From: Deltaproteobacteria bacterium
GTDB lineage: Bacteria > Desulfobacterota > GWC2-55-46 > DRQE01
Reading direction: 5' to 3'
NCBI GenBank assembly: GCA_024278765.1
Contig: JAJRSM010000034.1
Coordinates: 12,051 to 76,050 of the forward strand
DNA: 64,000 nucleotides
Below, in pieces: positions 1 through 11,651 of this stretch. Position 1 is the first letter of the stretch. Every line of letters starts with the position of its first letter. Under the pieces are notes generated by a model. That model was not told where the DNA came from. It made no database searches and was given only the letters and a program-made list of their open reading frames with translations. The position numbers and the translations under genes were made by a program.

Positions 1-368
1 TAGAGCTTACCGTGCTGCTCTTTAAGGTACTTGGCAGGCTCGTTGCCGGTGATTTATCGATGAAAAGCCTGGGTGGGCCGATTATGATAGCGCAGGTAGC
101 AGGACAGGCCGCATCATCAGGGGTTATCGAGATACTCTCTCTGCTTGCATTTTTGAGTCTTCAGCTTGGTATTATCAACCTTTTCCCTGTACCCGTCCTT
201 GATGGTGGGCATTTATTTTTCTGCGGTATCGAGGCGATACGCGGTAAACCAATAAGCGAGCGCATTCAGGGGCTGGCGCAGTATGCCGGGATGGTCCTTT
301 TGATAGCCTTGATGGTCTTTGTGACGTGGAACGACCTGTGGCGTATCTTTGGCGCAAATTTTGGATGA
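1..368 (+). CDS. rseP: RIP metalloprotease RseP (site-2 protease), C-terminal portion; 5' end lies outside the window
   Basis: ORF 12..368 ends with the hydrophobic C-terminal TM region typical of RseP/YaeL ('LFPVPVLDGGHLFF...' LDG motif); the frame is open to the window edge. Family assignment is by recognition, not by search. Confidence 0.65.
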   Translation, partial: ELTVLLFKVLGRLVAGDLSMKSLGGPIMIAQVAGQAASSGVIEILSLLAFLSLQLGIINLFPVPVLDGGHLFFCGIEAIRGKPISERIQGLAQYAGMVLLIALMVFVTWNDLWRIFGANFG

Positions 369-454
369 CGATTTCATAGCTTCCGACGTCCTGCATTTTT
401 CTGGCGGCGTCTCGGTCTAACAACCCTTGATTACAAAGCAGTTATTTGGGTCGG

Positions 455-485
455 CGAGTCCTTTACCTGACAGGTAAAGGACTCG
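455..485. repeat. Perfect 31-bp palindrome (15-bp arms CGAGTCCTTTACCTG / CAGGTAAAGGACTCG) in the rseP-tsaB intergenic region
   Basis: Read directly: the arms are exact reverse complements around a single central base. No T-tract follows on the + strand. Confidence 0.8.
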
Positions 486-509
486 TGGCCATACCTTGGA
501 AGATTTCTT

Positions 510-1262
510 ATGAGTGAAGAATCAGATTACCTAGATATGCTCTTGTCCGGTGAAGAGCCGTCTGGCCAGAGGATACTGGCTATCGATACATCCTCGACCT
601 CTGGCTCTGTAGCCCTTGTTGAGGGCGGCACTGTCATCTCCGAGCTGAAGATTTCCCGGGTCAGTACGCATTCAGAGTGGCTTATGCCTGCGATAGAGTT
701 GTTTTTAAAGGATTGCAACCTAGGGGTCTCTGAGATAGATCTTTTTGCCGTGGGGAGCGGGCCGGGTTCTTTTACAGGGCTTCGCGTGGGGGTCAGTACC
801 TTAAAGGGGTTGGCCTGGGCGGTGTCTCGCCCTGTTATCGGTGTTTCTACCTTGCAGGCTCTAGCCATGAATATAAAAGAGCAGGACGCGCTAATATGTC
901 CTGTTCTTGATGCACGAAAGGGGCAAGTCTATAGTGCGCTCTTTATGTTGAGTTGCGGAGAGCTGGAGCGAGTCATGGAGGATGCCGCACAGTGTCCGGA
1001 AGAGGTGCTGGAGGTCTTGACCGATACAGGTCTTGTCAATGAGTCCATGCCGCTTATTTTTGTAGGTCATGGCTTGACGGTCTATGGGGATCTGATAAAG
1101 TCTGAAATCGGCGAATCCATCTTTGCGCCGGAAGAATTATGGGACGTAAGTGCTGGCAATATTGGGCTTATTGCAGGCGATAGATCGGACGAGGTCATAA
1201 CTCCCGTAGAACTCCTACCTACCTACCGCAGGGTCTCTGAGGCCGAGTTTAAAAGAAATTAA
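510..1262 (+). CDS. tsaB: tRNA threonylcarbamoyladenosine biosynthesis protein TsaB (inactive Kae1/YeaZ homologue)
   Basis: 250 aa with an N-terminal 'ILAIDTSS...SVAL' motif and 'GPGSFTGLRVG', both typical of the YeaZ/TsaB family. Confidence 0.75.
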   Translation: MSEESDYLDMLLSGEEPSGQRILAIDTSSTSGSVALVEGGTVISELKISRVSTHSEWLMPAIELFLKDCNLGVSEIDLFAVGSGPGSFTGLRVGVSTLKGLAWAVSRPVIGVSTLQALAMNIKEQDALICPVLDARKGQVYSALFMLSCGELERVMEDAAQCPEEVLEVLTDTGLVNESMPLIFVGHGLTVYGDLIKSEIGESIFAPEELWDVSAGNIGLIAGDRSDEVITPVELLPTYRRVSEAEFKRN

Positions 1263-1315
1263 AGTTATGAAATTTAGAATCTTTATCGGTTACTATGGCT
1301 TAAGATATAGTCTAG

Positions 1316-1344
1316 TTGACTTTCCCTTGCCTATGGGGTAAAAT
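1316..1344 (+). promoter_or_regulatory. Sigma70-like promoter (TTGACT-17 bp-TAAAAT) upstream of the DUF465 gene
   Basis: -35 TTGACT at 1316-1321, an exact 17-nt spacer, -10 TAAAAT at 1339-1344. The AGGAGG RBS follows at 1376-1381 and the ATG at 1390. Confidence 0.45.
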
Positions 1345-1389
1345 TTAACTTGCATAGGTGTTAAAATTTCCAAGCAGGAGGGCTCTTTT

Positions 1390-1608
1390 ATGAACAAGAA
1401 CAGTAGCCGTGTACCAGAGGGGGAATTAATGCAAAACAGGGAGCTGAGGCAGGCGTCCTTGGCACATGACGAGTTTGACGAGAAGGCAGCAAGGTTGGAG
1501 AAACAGGTCACACTTAGCGAGACTGAAAGTATAGAGCTTAAGAAGATCAAAAAGAAAAAATTAGCGATGAAGGATAAGATGGAGAGTATAATCAGCGAAG
1601 CGGGCTGA
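1390..1608 (+). CDS. DUF465 (YdcH-like) small protein
   Basis: 72 aa; the '[16 protein letters not shown]' segment matches the conserved DUF465 core. Strong AGGAGG RBS. Confidence 0.55.
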   Translation: MNKNSSRVPEGELMQNRELRQASLAHDEFDEKAARLEKQVTLSETESIELKKIKKKKLAMKDKMESIISEAG

Positions 1609-1630
1609 TCTTCCATATATAAAAACATAC

Positions 1631-3295
1631 ATGCGTAGCGATAGAGTTAAGAAAGGGGCTAATAGAGTTCCCCAAAGGGCACTACTTTATGCTACGGGCG
1701 TGCCCCGTAGCGAGATGAAGGCTCCTTTTATAGGGATTGCCACGAGCTTTACAGATCTTATACCTGGCCATATTGGTATGAGGGATCTGGAGAGGTTTAT
1801 CGAGAAGGGTGTGCACACCGGAGGTGGGTATCCTTTTCTCTTTGGTGTTCCAGGTATCTGCGACGGTATCTCGATGGGGCACAGGGGTATGCATTACTCT
1901 CTGCCCTCTCGCGAGCTTATAGCCGATTTGGTTGAGAGCGTTACCGAGGCGCATGCTTTGGACGGCTTGGTGTTGCTTACCAACTGCGATAAGATTACCC
2001 CTGGTATGCTTATGGCGGCGGCGCGTCTTAATGTGCCGACCGTAGTCGTCACGGCCGGGCCGATGATGACTGGGCGATATAAGGGGGCTCGTACTTCTTT
2101 TATACGTAATACATTCGAAGCGATGGGTCGCTTTAGCGAGGGTAAGATTACTAAGGACGAGCTTGAGAAATGCGAGCTTGGAGCTTGCCCGGGTGCGGGT
2201 AGTTGTCAGGGCCTTTATACGGCCAACACAATGAGCTCGCTGACCGAGGCCATGGGGATGAGTCTTCCCGGTTGTGGCACTGCGCCGGCGGTAACGAGTG
2301 AGAAAAGACGTATAGCCTTTGATAGTGGCGTGAGGATAGTCGAGCTTGTACGTAAAGATATAAAACCTCTGGATATCCTGACAAAGAATGCATTTGAAAA
2401 TGCCGTCCAAGTTGATCTAGCCCTTGGCGGATCTTCCAATACTGTGCTGCATCTTCTGGCTATTGCCCATGAGGCTGGTGTTGACTTACCGCTTGATACC
2501 TTTGATAGGCTTGCTCGCACTACGCCGCATCTGGCTTCGTTAGAGCCGGTAGGTAATTATTATATGGAAGACCTGCACTGGGCCGGTGGCATCCCAGCCG
2601 TAATGAGCCGGATAAAGAGCGGGATAAAGAATAATATAACGGTCTCTGGCCTTAAGGTCAAAAAGATTATCGAGGCAGTTGATTTTATAGATGATGACGT
2701 TATCAGGACTCGCAAGCAGGCCCATCATAAAGAGGGTGGGATCGCGATCCTTAAAGGTAATATCGCTCCGACCGGAGCTGTCATTAAGCAATCCGGCGTT
2801 AGTGCTAAAATGATGAAGTTTACTGGTAAGGCTCGCGTCTTTGACTCGGAAGACAAGGCCATGCGTGCTATCCAGGGTAAGGCCGAGCGTAGAGTCAAGG
2901 CAGGCGATTTTGTCGTCATCAGATACGAAGGCCCAAAAGGAGGCCCGGGAATGCGCGAGATGCTCGCACCGACGGCTGCCATTATGGGCCAGGGTCTGGG
3001 CGATTCCGTAGCACTCCTCACCGATGGTCGTTTCTCCGGCGGCACACGCGGGCCTTGCATTGGGCACGTATCTCCTGAGGCAATGGAGGGCGGTGTTATA
3101 GCCCTTATTAAAGACGGTGATATTATCGAGCTCGATGTGAAGAAAAGAAAGCTGGAGCTTAAGGTCACGGCTGCCGAGCTTAAGAAGAGACGAGCAAAGT
3201 GGAAGGCCCCTAAGCCGAAGATAACCACCGGGTGGTTATCAAGGTATGCAAAGGTCGTAACATCGGCTGATACCGGGGCTGTCTTGAAGGCCTAG
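1631..3295 (+). CDS. ilvD: Dihydroxy-acid dehydratase
   Basis: 554 aa; '[18 protein letters not shown]' and the C-terminal '[16 protein letters not shown]' are IlvD/EDD-family signatures. Confidence 0.95.
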   Translation: MRSDRVKKGANRVPQRALLYATGVPRSEMKAPFIGIATSFTDLIPGHIGMRDLERFIEKGVHTGGGYPFLFGVPGICDGISMGHRGMHYSLPSRELIADLVESVTEAHALDGLVLLTNCDKITPGMLMAAARLNVPTVVVTAGPMMTGRYKGARTSFIRNTFEAMGRFSEGKITKDELEKCELGACPGAGSCQGLYTANTMSSLTEAMGMSLPGCGTAPAVTSEKRRIAFDSGVRIVELVRKDIKPLDILTKNAFENAVQVDLALGGSSNTVLHLLAIAHEAGVDLPLDTFDRLARTTPHLASLEPVGNYYMEDLHWAGGIPAVMSRIKSGIKNNITVSGLKVKKIIEAVDFIDDDVIRTRKQAHHKEGGIAILKGNIAPTGAVIKQSGVSAKMMKFTGKARVFDSEDKAMRAIQGKAERRVKAGDFVVIRYEGPKGGPGMREMLAPTAAIMGQGLGDSVALLTDGRFSGGTRGPCIGHVSPEAMEGGVIALIKDGDIIELDVKKRKLELKVTAAELKKRRAKWKAPKPKITTGWLSRYAKVVTSADTGAVLKA

Positions 3296-3365
3296 AACGA
3301 CCATTAAGAATTAACTGCCGTCAAGAATTTAAAAAACTGATACCGGGGCTGTTTTGAAGGCTTAA
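3263..3365. repeat. Direct 29-bp duplication of the ilvD 3' end (CTGATACCGGGGCTGTYTTGAAGGCYTA) flanking a 42-bp A-rich spacer
   Basis: Copy 1 at 3263-3291 lies inside ilvD and includes its stop. Copy 2 at 3337-3365 is intergenic. There are 2 mismatches. Confidence 0.7.
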
Positions 3366-3547
3366 AGCGGCGAAATAATCTGGTCTTATTATATTATAAA
3401 GAACGGCGGTACTATATTTAAGTCAATAAAACTCCCTGCCCTCTTCCTTTGTAAAAGGGGAGTGTTTTATATTGTTATTTAGATGATTTTGGTGTTTTCG
3501 TACCATCTTGAGAAATAATAATCAATTATCAGGATAATTTACTGACT

Positions 3548-5236
3548 ATGAAAAAAAGCGGTGCAGAAATATTTTTAGAATGCCTTAAAAAAGAAAAGGT
3601 AGATACCATATTCGGCTATCCCGGCGGAGCGGTCTTGCCGATCTACGACGTCCTTTATAAGGCCGATATGAGGCATATCCTTGTTCGTCATGAACAGGGT
3701 GCGGTCCATATGGCAGACGGGTATGCAAGGGCTAGTGGTAGGCCAGGTGTTGTGCTGGTTACCTCAGGCCCCGGTGCAACGAACACGGTAACAGGGCTCG
3801 CTACGGCCTATTCGGACTCGATCCCTATGGTGGTCTTTACCGGTCAGGTACCTACGGCACTTATCGGCAACGATGCCTTTCAGGAGGCCGATATCGTAGG
3901 TATTACAAGGCCTTGCACAAAGCATAACTATCTTGTTAAAGACGTTAAAGACCTGGCCAGAATCGTAAAAGAGGCCTTTTATATCGCAACGACCGGCAGA
4001 CCCGGCCCGGTGCTTATAGATCTGCCAAAGGACGTGCAGACCGCTGTAACTGATTTTAGCTACCCGGATAATGTAGATATTCCTAGTTATCAGCCAAACC
4101 TGAAGGGGCATTCAGGGCAGATAAAGAAGGCCTTGAAGCTGATACTGGCCTCTGAAAGACCGGTAATATACGCAGGTGGCGGCGTGATTAGCTCTAACGC
4201 AGCGGCCGAGCTCACGAGCTTTGTCAGAAAGCTCGGTATACCTGTTACCAATACCCTTATGGGGCTTGGCGGTTTTCCAGGTGATGATCCGCTCTTTATG
4301 GGAATGCTAGGGATGCACGGAACATATGCGGCAAATATGGCGATGACAAATACAGATTGTCTGATTGCCATTGGTTCGCGTTTTGATGATAGGGTTACAG
4401 GCAAGATCGACGAGTTTGTCCCTTACGCAAAGATTATTCACTTAGATGTCGATCCGACGTCTATTAGTAAGAACGTCGCCGTTGATATCCCTATAGTAGG
4501 GGATATTAAGAATGTCCTGAAGGTAATGCTAAAAGAGCTTACCGGTGCCGCAAAGTTCAAGCGCAGCATCAAGGCGTGGCGCACCGAGATCGATGGTTGG
4601 GCAGCGACACATACGCTCTCGGCCAAGCAGGATAAAAAGAAGAAGATCAGGCCTCAGTATGTCGTTGATAGATTGTATGCGCTTACAAAGGGAGATGCCA
4701 TCATAACGACCGAGGTCGGGCAGAACCAGATGTGGAGTGCGCAATTTTATAAATATAAAAACCCTCGAACCTTCCTTACAAGCGGCGGTTTGGGGACTAT
4801 GGGCTACGGCCTGCCAGCGGCCATTGGTGCGCAGGTGGCCTTCCCGGAGAAGACCGTTATAGATATCGCCGGAGACGGCTCGATACAGATGAATATACAG
4901 GAGCTGGCTACAGCGGTTGATCAGAAGTTGCCGGTTAAGATCGCTATACTAAATAACCGTTTCCTCGGAATGGTCAGGCAGTGGCAGGAGCTATTTTTTG
5001 ATAAGCGGTACTCATCGACCTGCATAGGGAATAAGCCGGACTTTGTTAAGCTTATAGAGGCCTACGGTGGTGTCGGGCTACGCGCCAAGACACCTGATGA
5101 AGTCGATAATGTTATTAAGCAGGCCCTGAAAATAACAGACAGGCCTGTGCTTATGGATTTTGTCGTGGACGCAACAGAAGATGTCTACCCGATGGTTCCG
5201 GCTGGGCAGCCGCTCAATAAGATGCTGCTAGTTTAA
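3548..5236 (+). CDS. ilvB: Acetolactate synthase large subunit (biosynthetic, ThDP-dependent)
   Basis: 562 aa; N-terminal '[30 protein letters not shown]' and the TPP-binding '[12 protein letters not shown]' motif. Confidence 0.95.
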   Translation: MKKSGAEIFLECLKKEKVDTIFGYPGGAVLPIYDVLYKADMRHILVRHEQGAVHMADGYARASGRPGVVLVTSGPGATNTVTGLATAYSDSIPMVVFTGQVPTALIGNDAFQEADIVGITRPCTKHNYLVKDVKDLARIVKEAFYIATTGRPGPVLIDLPKDVQTAVTDFSYPDNVDIPSYQPNLKGHSGQIKKALKLILASERPVIYAGGGVISSNAAAELTSFVRKLGIPVTNTLMGLGGFPGDDPLFMGMLGMHGTYAANMAMTNTDCLIAIGSRFDDRVTGKIDEFVPYAKIIHLDVDPTSISKNVAVDIPIVGDIKNVLKVMLKELTGAAKFKRSIKAWRTEIDGWAATHTLSAKQDKKKKIRPQYVVDRLYALTKGDAIITTEVGQNQMWSAQFYKYKNPRTFLTSGGLGTMGYGLPAAIGAQVAFPEKTVIDIAGDGSIQMNIQELATAVDQKLPVKIAILNNRFLGMVRQWQELFFDKRYSSTCIGNKPDFVKLIEAYGGVGLRAKTPDEVDNVIKQALKITDRPVLMDFVVDATEDVYPMVPAGQPLNKMLLV

Positions 5237-5302
5237 GCAACAGGATAGAATATACTAACCAACGAACTTTGCTCGTAATGTAGTGAGCAAGACAAGGTAG
5301 CT

Positions 5303-5800
5303 ATGGATAAAGGTGTAAGACATACGATTTCAGTATCGGTAGTAAACGAGTTCGGGGTGCTCTCGCGGATAGCGGGGTTATTCTCTGGCAGGGGCTTTAA
5401 TATCGAGAGCCTGTGCGTGGCAGAGACGCTGGACCCGAAGGTCTCGCGTATGACTATTGTTACGACAGGTGACGATAGGATTTTGGAGCAGATAACAAAG
5501 CAACTCAATAAGCTTGTAAATGTCATTAAGGTATATGACCTGACCGGTGAAGAGTACTTTGAGCGAGAGTTGGCCCTGATTAAGGTCAATATCAAGCAGG
5601 ATACAAGGACAGAAATCCTGAGTATCGTTGATATCTTCAGGGCAAAGATAGTTGACGTAAGCCCCAGGAGTTATACCCTTGAGGTTACGGGTGATGAGAA
5701 TAAGATACGCGCTATAACCGAGTTGCTCCGTCCTTTCGGGATTAAGGAGATAGTAAGGACCGGGCGCATAGCACTTGGAAGAAGTCCAAAGGCCAAGTAG
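5303..5800 (+). CDS. ilvN: Acetolactate synthase small (regulatory, ACT-domain) subunit
   Basis: 165 aa; 'ISVSVVNEFGVLSRIAGLFSGRGFNIESL' is the ACT-domain signature of IlvN/IlvH. Lies immediately after ilvB. Confidence 0.9.
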   Translation: MDKGVRHTISVSVVNEFGVLSRIAGLFSGRGFNIESLCVAETLDPKVSRMTIVTTGDDRILEQITKQLNKLVNVIKVYDLTGEEYFERELALIKVNIKQDTRTEILSIVDIFRAKIVDVSPRSYTLEVTGDENKIRAITELLRPFGIKEIVRTGRIALGRSPKAK

Positions 5801-5846
5801 CTTTACTGTAAATATAGAAGAGTGGATGATAAAACGGAGGAAGTAA

Positions 5847-6863
<1,017 letters not shown>

Positions 6864-6871
6864 ATACCGCC

Positions 6872-7555
6872 TTGGAGACTATATATAGAAAAGAAATAAT
6901 GCCTGGAGGAATTCTTCAGGTGGCGCGTGAGGGCTATCCATTTATATTGATAGCCCTTGCTCTTAATGTGCTTACTGGCTGGTTGGAGATTTACTGGCTC
7001 TTTGGTATAACCTGCGTTCTTACGGCATGGGTCGTCTGGTTCTTCAGGGATCCGGTTAGGCAGGTGCCATCGGGTGGGGCTTGGACTATAGTGAGCCCTG
7101 CGGACGGCGTGGTCATTAAGGCCGAGCCTGTGCAGGAAGATAAGCTGCTGAATGCCGAGGTCATTAAGGTCAGTATCTTTATGAACGTATTTAATGTACA
7201 TGTCAATAGGACTCCGATATACGGACGTGTTTTAAAGGTCGTTTATAGCCCGGGAAAGTTCTTTAACGCGAGCTTTGATAAGGCTTCGCTTTATAACGAA
7301 CAGAACGCGATACTTATGGAAGGCTACGGCGGTCGTCGCATCGTATTTACTCAGATCGCGGGGCTTGTCGCGCGGCGTATAGTATGCCGCGCTAAAGAAG
7401 GTATGGAGCTTAACTGCGGAGAGCGTTTTGGTCTGATTCGGTTTGGATCAAGGCTTGATGTATACCTGCCGCTTGATACGGAGATAGCCGTTAAGGTTGG
7501 TGATAAGGTAAGGGCTGGCACTAGTATTATCGGACGCTGGCAACAGGTACAGTGA
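6872..7555 (+). CDS. psd: Phosphatidylserine decarboxylase proenzyme (short, archaeal/delta-type Psd)
   Basis: 227 aa; the self-cleavage 'FGSR' (GS) motif sits in 'LIRFGSRLDVYLP'; N-terminal TM segment. The TTG start at 6872 is uncertain and an ATG at 6899 is also possible. Confidence 0.75.
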   Translation: METIYRKEIMPGGILQVAREGYPFILIALALNVLTGWLEIYWLFGITCVLTAWVVWFFRDPVRQVPSGGAWTIVSPADGVVIKAEPVQEDKLLNAEVIKVSIFMNVFNVHVNRTPIYGRVLKVVYSPGKFFNASFDKASLYNEQNAILMEGYGGRRIVFTQIAGLVARRIVCRAKEGMELNCGERFGLIRFGSRLDVYLPLDTEIAVKVGDKVRAGTSIIGRWQQVQ

Positions 7556-7558
7556 CCT

Positions 7559-8359
7559 ATGATAGATCGAGACGTAAGCAGGCGAAGGTCTAAGAAAAGA
7601 AGAGACGGGATGAAGAAGGGGGTATATCTTCTTCCAAATCTATTGACTTCGGCGAGCCTTTTTGGTGGTTTTTACTCTATTGTCGCAGCTCTGGACGGCA
7701 AGTACGAGATCGCGGCTATCGCAATACTTATCTCTGCCGTGCTGGATTGTCTGGACGGGCGAATAGCAAGGCTTACCGGTACTACGAGTCGTTTTGGTAT
7801 GGAGTATGACTCGCTTGCCGATCTTGTCGCATTCGGATTGGCTCCGGGGTTTCTGATATTTGTCTGGGCTGTTCGTCCCTTTGGCAGGTACGGCTGGCTC
7901 GCGGCCTTTTTGTATGTCGTCTGCGGTGCGTTGCGTCTGGCGCGTTATAATGTCGAGGCTCCGAGCGTTGGTAGCAAGCGTTTCAATGGCCTGCCGATTC
8001 CGGCTGCAGCTGCATTTATCGCGGCGACCGTATTGCTCTTTCACTATATCGGGCAAGGCCAGATCCCAAAGCATATAGCCATACCTGTTATAGTTTATTG
8101 TCTGGCGTTTTTGATGATAAGCAATGTTAAGTTTCACAGTTTTAAGGAGCTTAACTTTACCAAGAGAATGCCCTTTATACTTTTGGTTGGTGCGGTCTTT
8201 TTATTAATACTTATTGCGGCCGAGCCGCAGGTTATGTTGTTTATCTTGACCTTTGGCTATGTTGTCTCAGGCCCTGTAATGTGGATTGTCGGTAAGCGTA
8301 AGAAAGAAGTCAGCTACGTCCATGATGACGACGAAGTCGTAGCCAAAAAAACCAAATAA
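7559..8359 (+). CDS. pssA: CDP-diacylglycerol--serine O-phosphatidyltransferase (CDP-alcohol phosphatidyltransferase family)
   Basis: 266 aa multi-TM protein with the CDP-OH-P-transferase motif '[28 protein letters not shown]'. Confidence 0.8.
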   Translation: MIDRDVSRRRSKKRRDGMKKGVYLLPNLLTSASLFGGFYSIVAALDGKYEIAAIAILISAVLDCLDGRIARLTGTTSRFGMEYDSLADLVAFGLAPGFLIFVWAVRPFGRYGWLAAFLYVVCGALRLARYNVEAPSVGSKRFNGLPIPAAAAFIAATVLLFHYIGQGQIPKHIAIPVIVYCLAFLMISNVKFHSFKELNFTKRMPFILLVGAVFLLILIAAEPQVMLFILTFGYVVSGPVMWIVGKRKKEVSYVHDDDEVVAKKTK

Positions 8360-8376
8360 AAAAAGAGAGTTGTGAT

Positions 8377-9918
8377 ATGAGTGAGTTGGTAAGGATATTT
8401 GATACCACACTTAGAGACGGCGAGCAGTCGCCCGGGGCCTCGATGAATGTCGAGGAAAAGCTCCGAGTGGCTCATCAGCTTGCACGTCTTGGTGTTGACA
8501 TTATAGAAGCGGGTTTTGCAGTTAGCTCTCCCGGTGACTTTGATGCGGTACGCCGAATCGGCCAAGAGGTCGAAGGCCCGGTGGTCTGCTCCCTTGCGCG
8601 TGCCATTGCAAAGGACATCGATGTTGCATGGGATGCACTAAAAGGTGCGTCAAAGCCTCGTATTCATACATTTATTTCGACCTCTGATATTCACTTGAAG
8701 TATCAGTTTAAGCTCTCCAGAGACGAGGCCTTAAAGCGTGCCGTAGATATGGTAACGCATGCAAAGGGTTACGTAGATGACGTAGAGTTTTCTCCGATGG
8801 ATGCTTCACGCACAGAAGAGAGCTATCTTTTTGAGGTCTTGGAGGCCGTAATAGAGGCCGGTGCAACGACCGTGAATATCCCTGATACCGTTGGCTACGC
8901 TCTGCCAAAGCAGTTTGGCGAGCTTATAAAAGGGATAAAGGAAAAGGTCCCTAATATCGATAAGGCCGTTATATCGGTTCATTGTCATAACGACCTGGGC
9001 TTGGCAGTTGCCAATGCCTTAAGTGCCGTAGTAAACGGCGCTCGTCAGGTCGAGTGTACGATAAACGGAATAGGCGAGCGTGCAGGAAACTCTTCACTTG
9101 AAGAGATAGTTATGATACTTAAGACCAGAAGAGATCTGCTGGACCTTGATACATTAATTAATACAGAGCAGATAATCGCATCCAGTCGCTTGATAACAGG
9201 CATAACAGGGATGACCGTCCAGCCGAATAAGGCGATAGTCGGAGCAAATGCCTTTGCCCATGAGTCGGGTATTCATCAGGACGGGCTTTTAAAAGAAAAG
9301 ACTACCTATGAGATAATGAGTCCCGAGTCGGTTGGGCTCTCTAAATCAACTCTAGTCCTTGGTAAGCACTCGGGGCGTCATGCCTTTAGGACCAGACTTG
9401 AAGAGCTTGGCTATAACTTAACGGACGGCGAAATTAATAAGGCCTTTGAACGTTTTAAATCTCTGGCAGATAAAAAGAAAGAAGTCTTTGATGAGGATTT
9501 AGAAGCGATTGTACAAGACGAGGTCTTAAGCCTTGCCATACCTGAACGGTATAAGATCGTTAGTCTTACAATTGAGAGCGGTACTGAGTCTCAGCCGCAT
9601 GCCTTGGTCCAGTTGGAGGTAGACGGCTCGCTTAGAAGGTTTGAGGCTGTGGGTGACGGTGCTGTAGACGCCGCCTTCCGTGCGATTGCGAATGCTACAG
9701 GTACTGGGAGTAAGCTCTTGCATTACGCGGTAAATGCCATAACCGGCGGCACCGATGCGCAGGGCGAGGTCACGGTTAGAATCCAGGAGCGTGAGGATAT
9801 CGTCATTGGTCAAGGTGCGCATACCGATATTATAGTCGCCAGCGCAAGGGCCTATATAAATGCTCTAAACAGGCTTGAGCATAAAAAGAAGCAGGGTGAT
9901 ATGCTGGACTTATTCTAG
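8377..9918 (+). CDS. leuA: 2-isopropylmalate synthase
   Basis: 513 aa; '[17 protein letters not shown]' HMGL-like signature and the LeuA dimerisation/regulatory C-terminus. Confidence 0.95.
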   Translation: MSELVRIFDTTLRDGEQSPGASMNVEEKLRVAHQLARLGVDIIEAGFAVSSPGDFDAVRRIGQEVEGPVVCSLARAIAKDIDVAWDALKGASKPRIHTFISTSDIHLKYQFKLSRDEALKRAVDMVTHAKGYVDDVEFSPMDASRTEESYLFEVLEAVIEAGATTVNIPDTVGYALPKQFGELIKGIKEKVPNIDKAVISVHCHNDLGLAVANALSAVVNGARQVECTINGIGERAGNSSLEEIVMILKTRRDLLDLDTLINTEQIIASSRLITGITGMTVQPNKAIVGANAFAHESGIHQDGLLKEKTTYEIMSPESVGLSKSTLVLGKHSGRHAFRTRLEELGYNLTDGEINKAFERFKSLADKKKEVFDEDLEAIVQDEVLSLAIPERYKIVSLTIESGTESQPHALVQLEVDGSLRRFEAVGDGAVDAAFRAIANATGTGSKLLHYAVNAITGGTDAQGEVTVRIQEREDIVIGQGAHTDIIVASARAYINALNRLEHKKKQGDMLDLF

Positions 9919-9990
9919 CACCTGCGGTGCGGCACCAGTCCAGTAGTAAGGTATGAGCCGTGCGTAGTCAGTAATTACCAAGGTGGATTT
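9919..9990. repeat. Stop-adjacent CACCTGCGGTG-containing element, copy A (directly 3' of leuA)
   Basis: 'CACCTGCGGTGcGGCaccAGTCCAGTAgtaAG...GCGTAGTcAgTAAT' aligns with the element directly 3' of pyrC (37498-37570). Short hairpin GCACC-tgc-GGTGC. Confidence 0.55.
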
Positions 9991-10352
9991 GCTGTACGCA
10001 GTACCACCTTCTTTGGAAAAAGGGGATTGAGGGGGACTGTTTTGTTTTGGTTTGGTTATGAAACGACGTGATAATCTCGTACTTGTTTTAAATAAGCGGT
10101 TTGTGATGTTTTGGGGTAATTTTTTTAAAGAGAGTTATCCCGGGTCGATTACGGTACTGTTGCAGTAACGTAGGGCAAGGCTTTAGCCTTGCGGTCTTTA
10201 ACGTCGTGTTGGCATTAAAAGACGCAACCCTGAAGGGTTGCCCTAGATAGACCTTACTGTTTTTGAGAACGGGATAGAAGCGGATTTGTTTTTGTATTTA
10301 AATCTATAAATGAGTTAGTAGAATAACTATAGAAAGAGAGGCTAATCTAATT

Positions 10353-11651
10353 ATGGCTGGAAGAGTTAAGAAGCAATCGATGACGATAACCGAGAAGATC
10401 CTTGCAAAGCACGCGGGGCGCAAATCAGTCAGTGCCGGTGAGTTGATAAATGCCAAGATCGATATAGCACTAGGCAATGATATTACAGCACCTATTGCTA
10501 TCTCGGAGTTTAAAAAGGTCGGTGCCAAGAAGGTCTTCAACCGAAATAAGGTCGTTCTTATTCCCGATCACTTTACGCCGAACAAAGACATTCAGTCTGC
10601 TACGCAGTGTAAGATAGTCAGGGAGTTTGCCAAGGAGCAAAAGCTTAAGCATTATTACGAAGGCGGCGAGGTCGGCGTAGAGCACGCGCTCTTGCCGGAG
10701 AAAGGAATAGTCGGCCCGGGTGATGTAGTTATCGGTGCTGACTCTCATACCTGTACTTACGGCGGCTTGGGCGCATTTGCAACAGGTGTTGGCTCGACCG
10801 ATCTGGCTGCTGCGATGGTAACGGGTGAGGTTTGGTTTAAGGTGCCTGAGACTATGAAGTTCGTCTATCACGGTAAACTGAATAAATGGGTAAGTGGTAA
10901 GGATCTGATCTTGCGCACTATCGGTGATATTGGCGTGGACGGTGCGCTGTACCGCGCAATGGAGTTTACAGGTTCTGTAATCGATAAGTTATCGATGGAC
11001 GGGCGGCTTACTATGTGTAATATGGCTATCGAGGCCGGTGGTAAGAGCGGAGTTATTGCGCCTGATGAGACGACAAAAAAATATACAAGAAACCGTTTTG
11101 AACGTAAGGCTGTTTATTACGAGAGCGATGCGGATGCTAAATATGTAGAGGTTATGGACTATGATTGTCGTAAAATCGAGCCTCAGGTTGCTATGCCTCA
11201 TCTGCCGGAAAACACAAAGAACGTAAGTGAGGTTGGTAAAATCTCTATTGATCAGGTAATTATTGGTAGCTGCACAAATGGCAGAATGGAGGACCTGGAG
11301 ATAGCCGCAAAGATTCTGCGTGGCAAGAAAGTATCCAGCAATGTACGGTTGATTGTTATCCCTACGACCCCGAAGATCTACGCCGATGCGATGAAGAAAG
11401 GCTGGTTTGATATCTTCCTTAAGGCCGGGGCTATTATCAGTCCGCCTACATGCGGGCCGTGCCTTGGCGGGCACATGGGAATACTCGGCCCGGGCGAGCG
11501 AGCCGTGGCGACGACCAATAGGAACTTCATCGGAAGGATGGGAGACGTCACAAGTGAGGTCTATCTCTCTAACCCGGCCGTGGCCGCAGCATCGGCTATA
11601 CTCGGTCGCGTAGCAGGCCCGGATGAAGTTATGAAAAGGAAAAAGAAGTAG
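10353..11651 (+). CDS. leuC: 3-isopropylmalate dehydratase large subunit (archaeal-type/short LeuC)
   Basis: 432 aa aconitase-family protein; 'GADSHTCTYGGLGAFATGVG' and 'GSCTNGR' are Fe-S cluster ligand motifs. Confidence 0.95.
   Translation: MAGRVKKQSMTITEKILAKHAGRKSVSAGELINAKIDIALGNDITAPIAISEFKKVGAKKVFNRNKVVLIPDHFTPNKDIQSATQCKIVREFAKEQKLKHYYEGGEVGVEHALLPEKGIVGPGDVVIGADSHTCTYGGLGAFATGVGSTDLAAAMVTGEVWFKVPETMKFVYHGKLNKWVSGKDLILRTIGDIGVDGALYRAMEFTGSVIDKLSMDGRLTMCNMAIEAGGKSGVIAPDETTKKYTRNRFERKAVYYESDADAKYVEVMDYDCRKIEPQVAMPHLPENTKNVSEVGKISIDQVIIGSCTNGRMEDLEIAAKILRGKKVSSNVRLIVIPTTPKIYADAMKKGWFDIFLKAGAIISPPTCGPCLGGHMGILGPGERAVATTNRNFIGRMGDVTSEVYLSNPAVAAASAILGRVAGPDEVMKRKKK

Noticed and set aside
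1682-3228. Multiple antisense ORFs inside ilvD, ilvB, helicase, relA, carB, gdh and others (for example 1682..2410-, 2540..3067-, 3764..4111-, 22308..22728-, 46931..47583-)
   Set aside because: They are embedded antisense to strongly conserved coding frames, have no RBS, and show the biased composition typical of shadow ORFs.
3484-3519. Mini-[14 protein letters not shown] upstream of ilvB as an Ile/Leu/Val attenuator leader peptide
   Set aside because: There is only one codon each of Ile, Leu and Val, no SD, and no alternative terminator/antiterminator structure between it and ilvB.
9990-10012. T-box-like GTACCACC(TT) sequence in the leuA-leuC spacer
   Set aside because: The resemblance is to the reverse complement of the T-box consensus, so it sits on the wrong strand for leuC. 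No specifier-loop architecture is present.
10058-10168. 36-aa uORF with LVLVL upstream of leuC as a leucine leader peptide
   Set aside because: It has no ribosome-binding site and no convincing downstream terminator. The region is better explained by the repeat elements.
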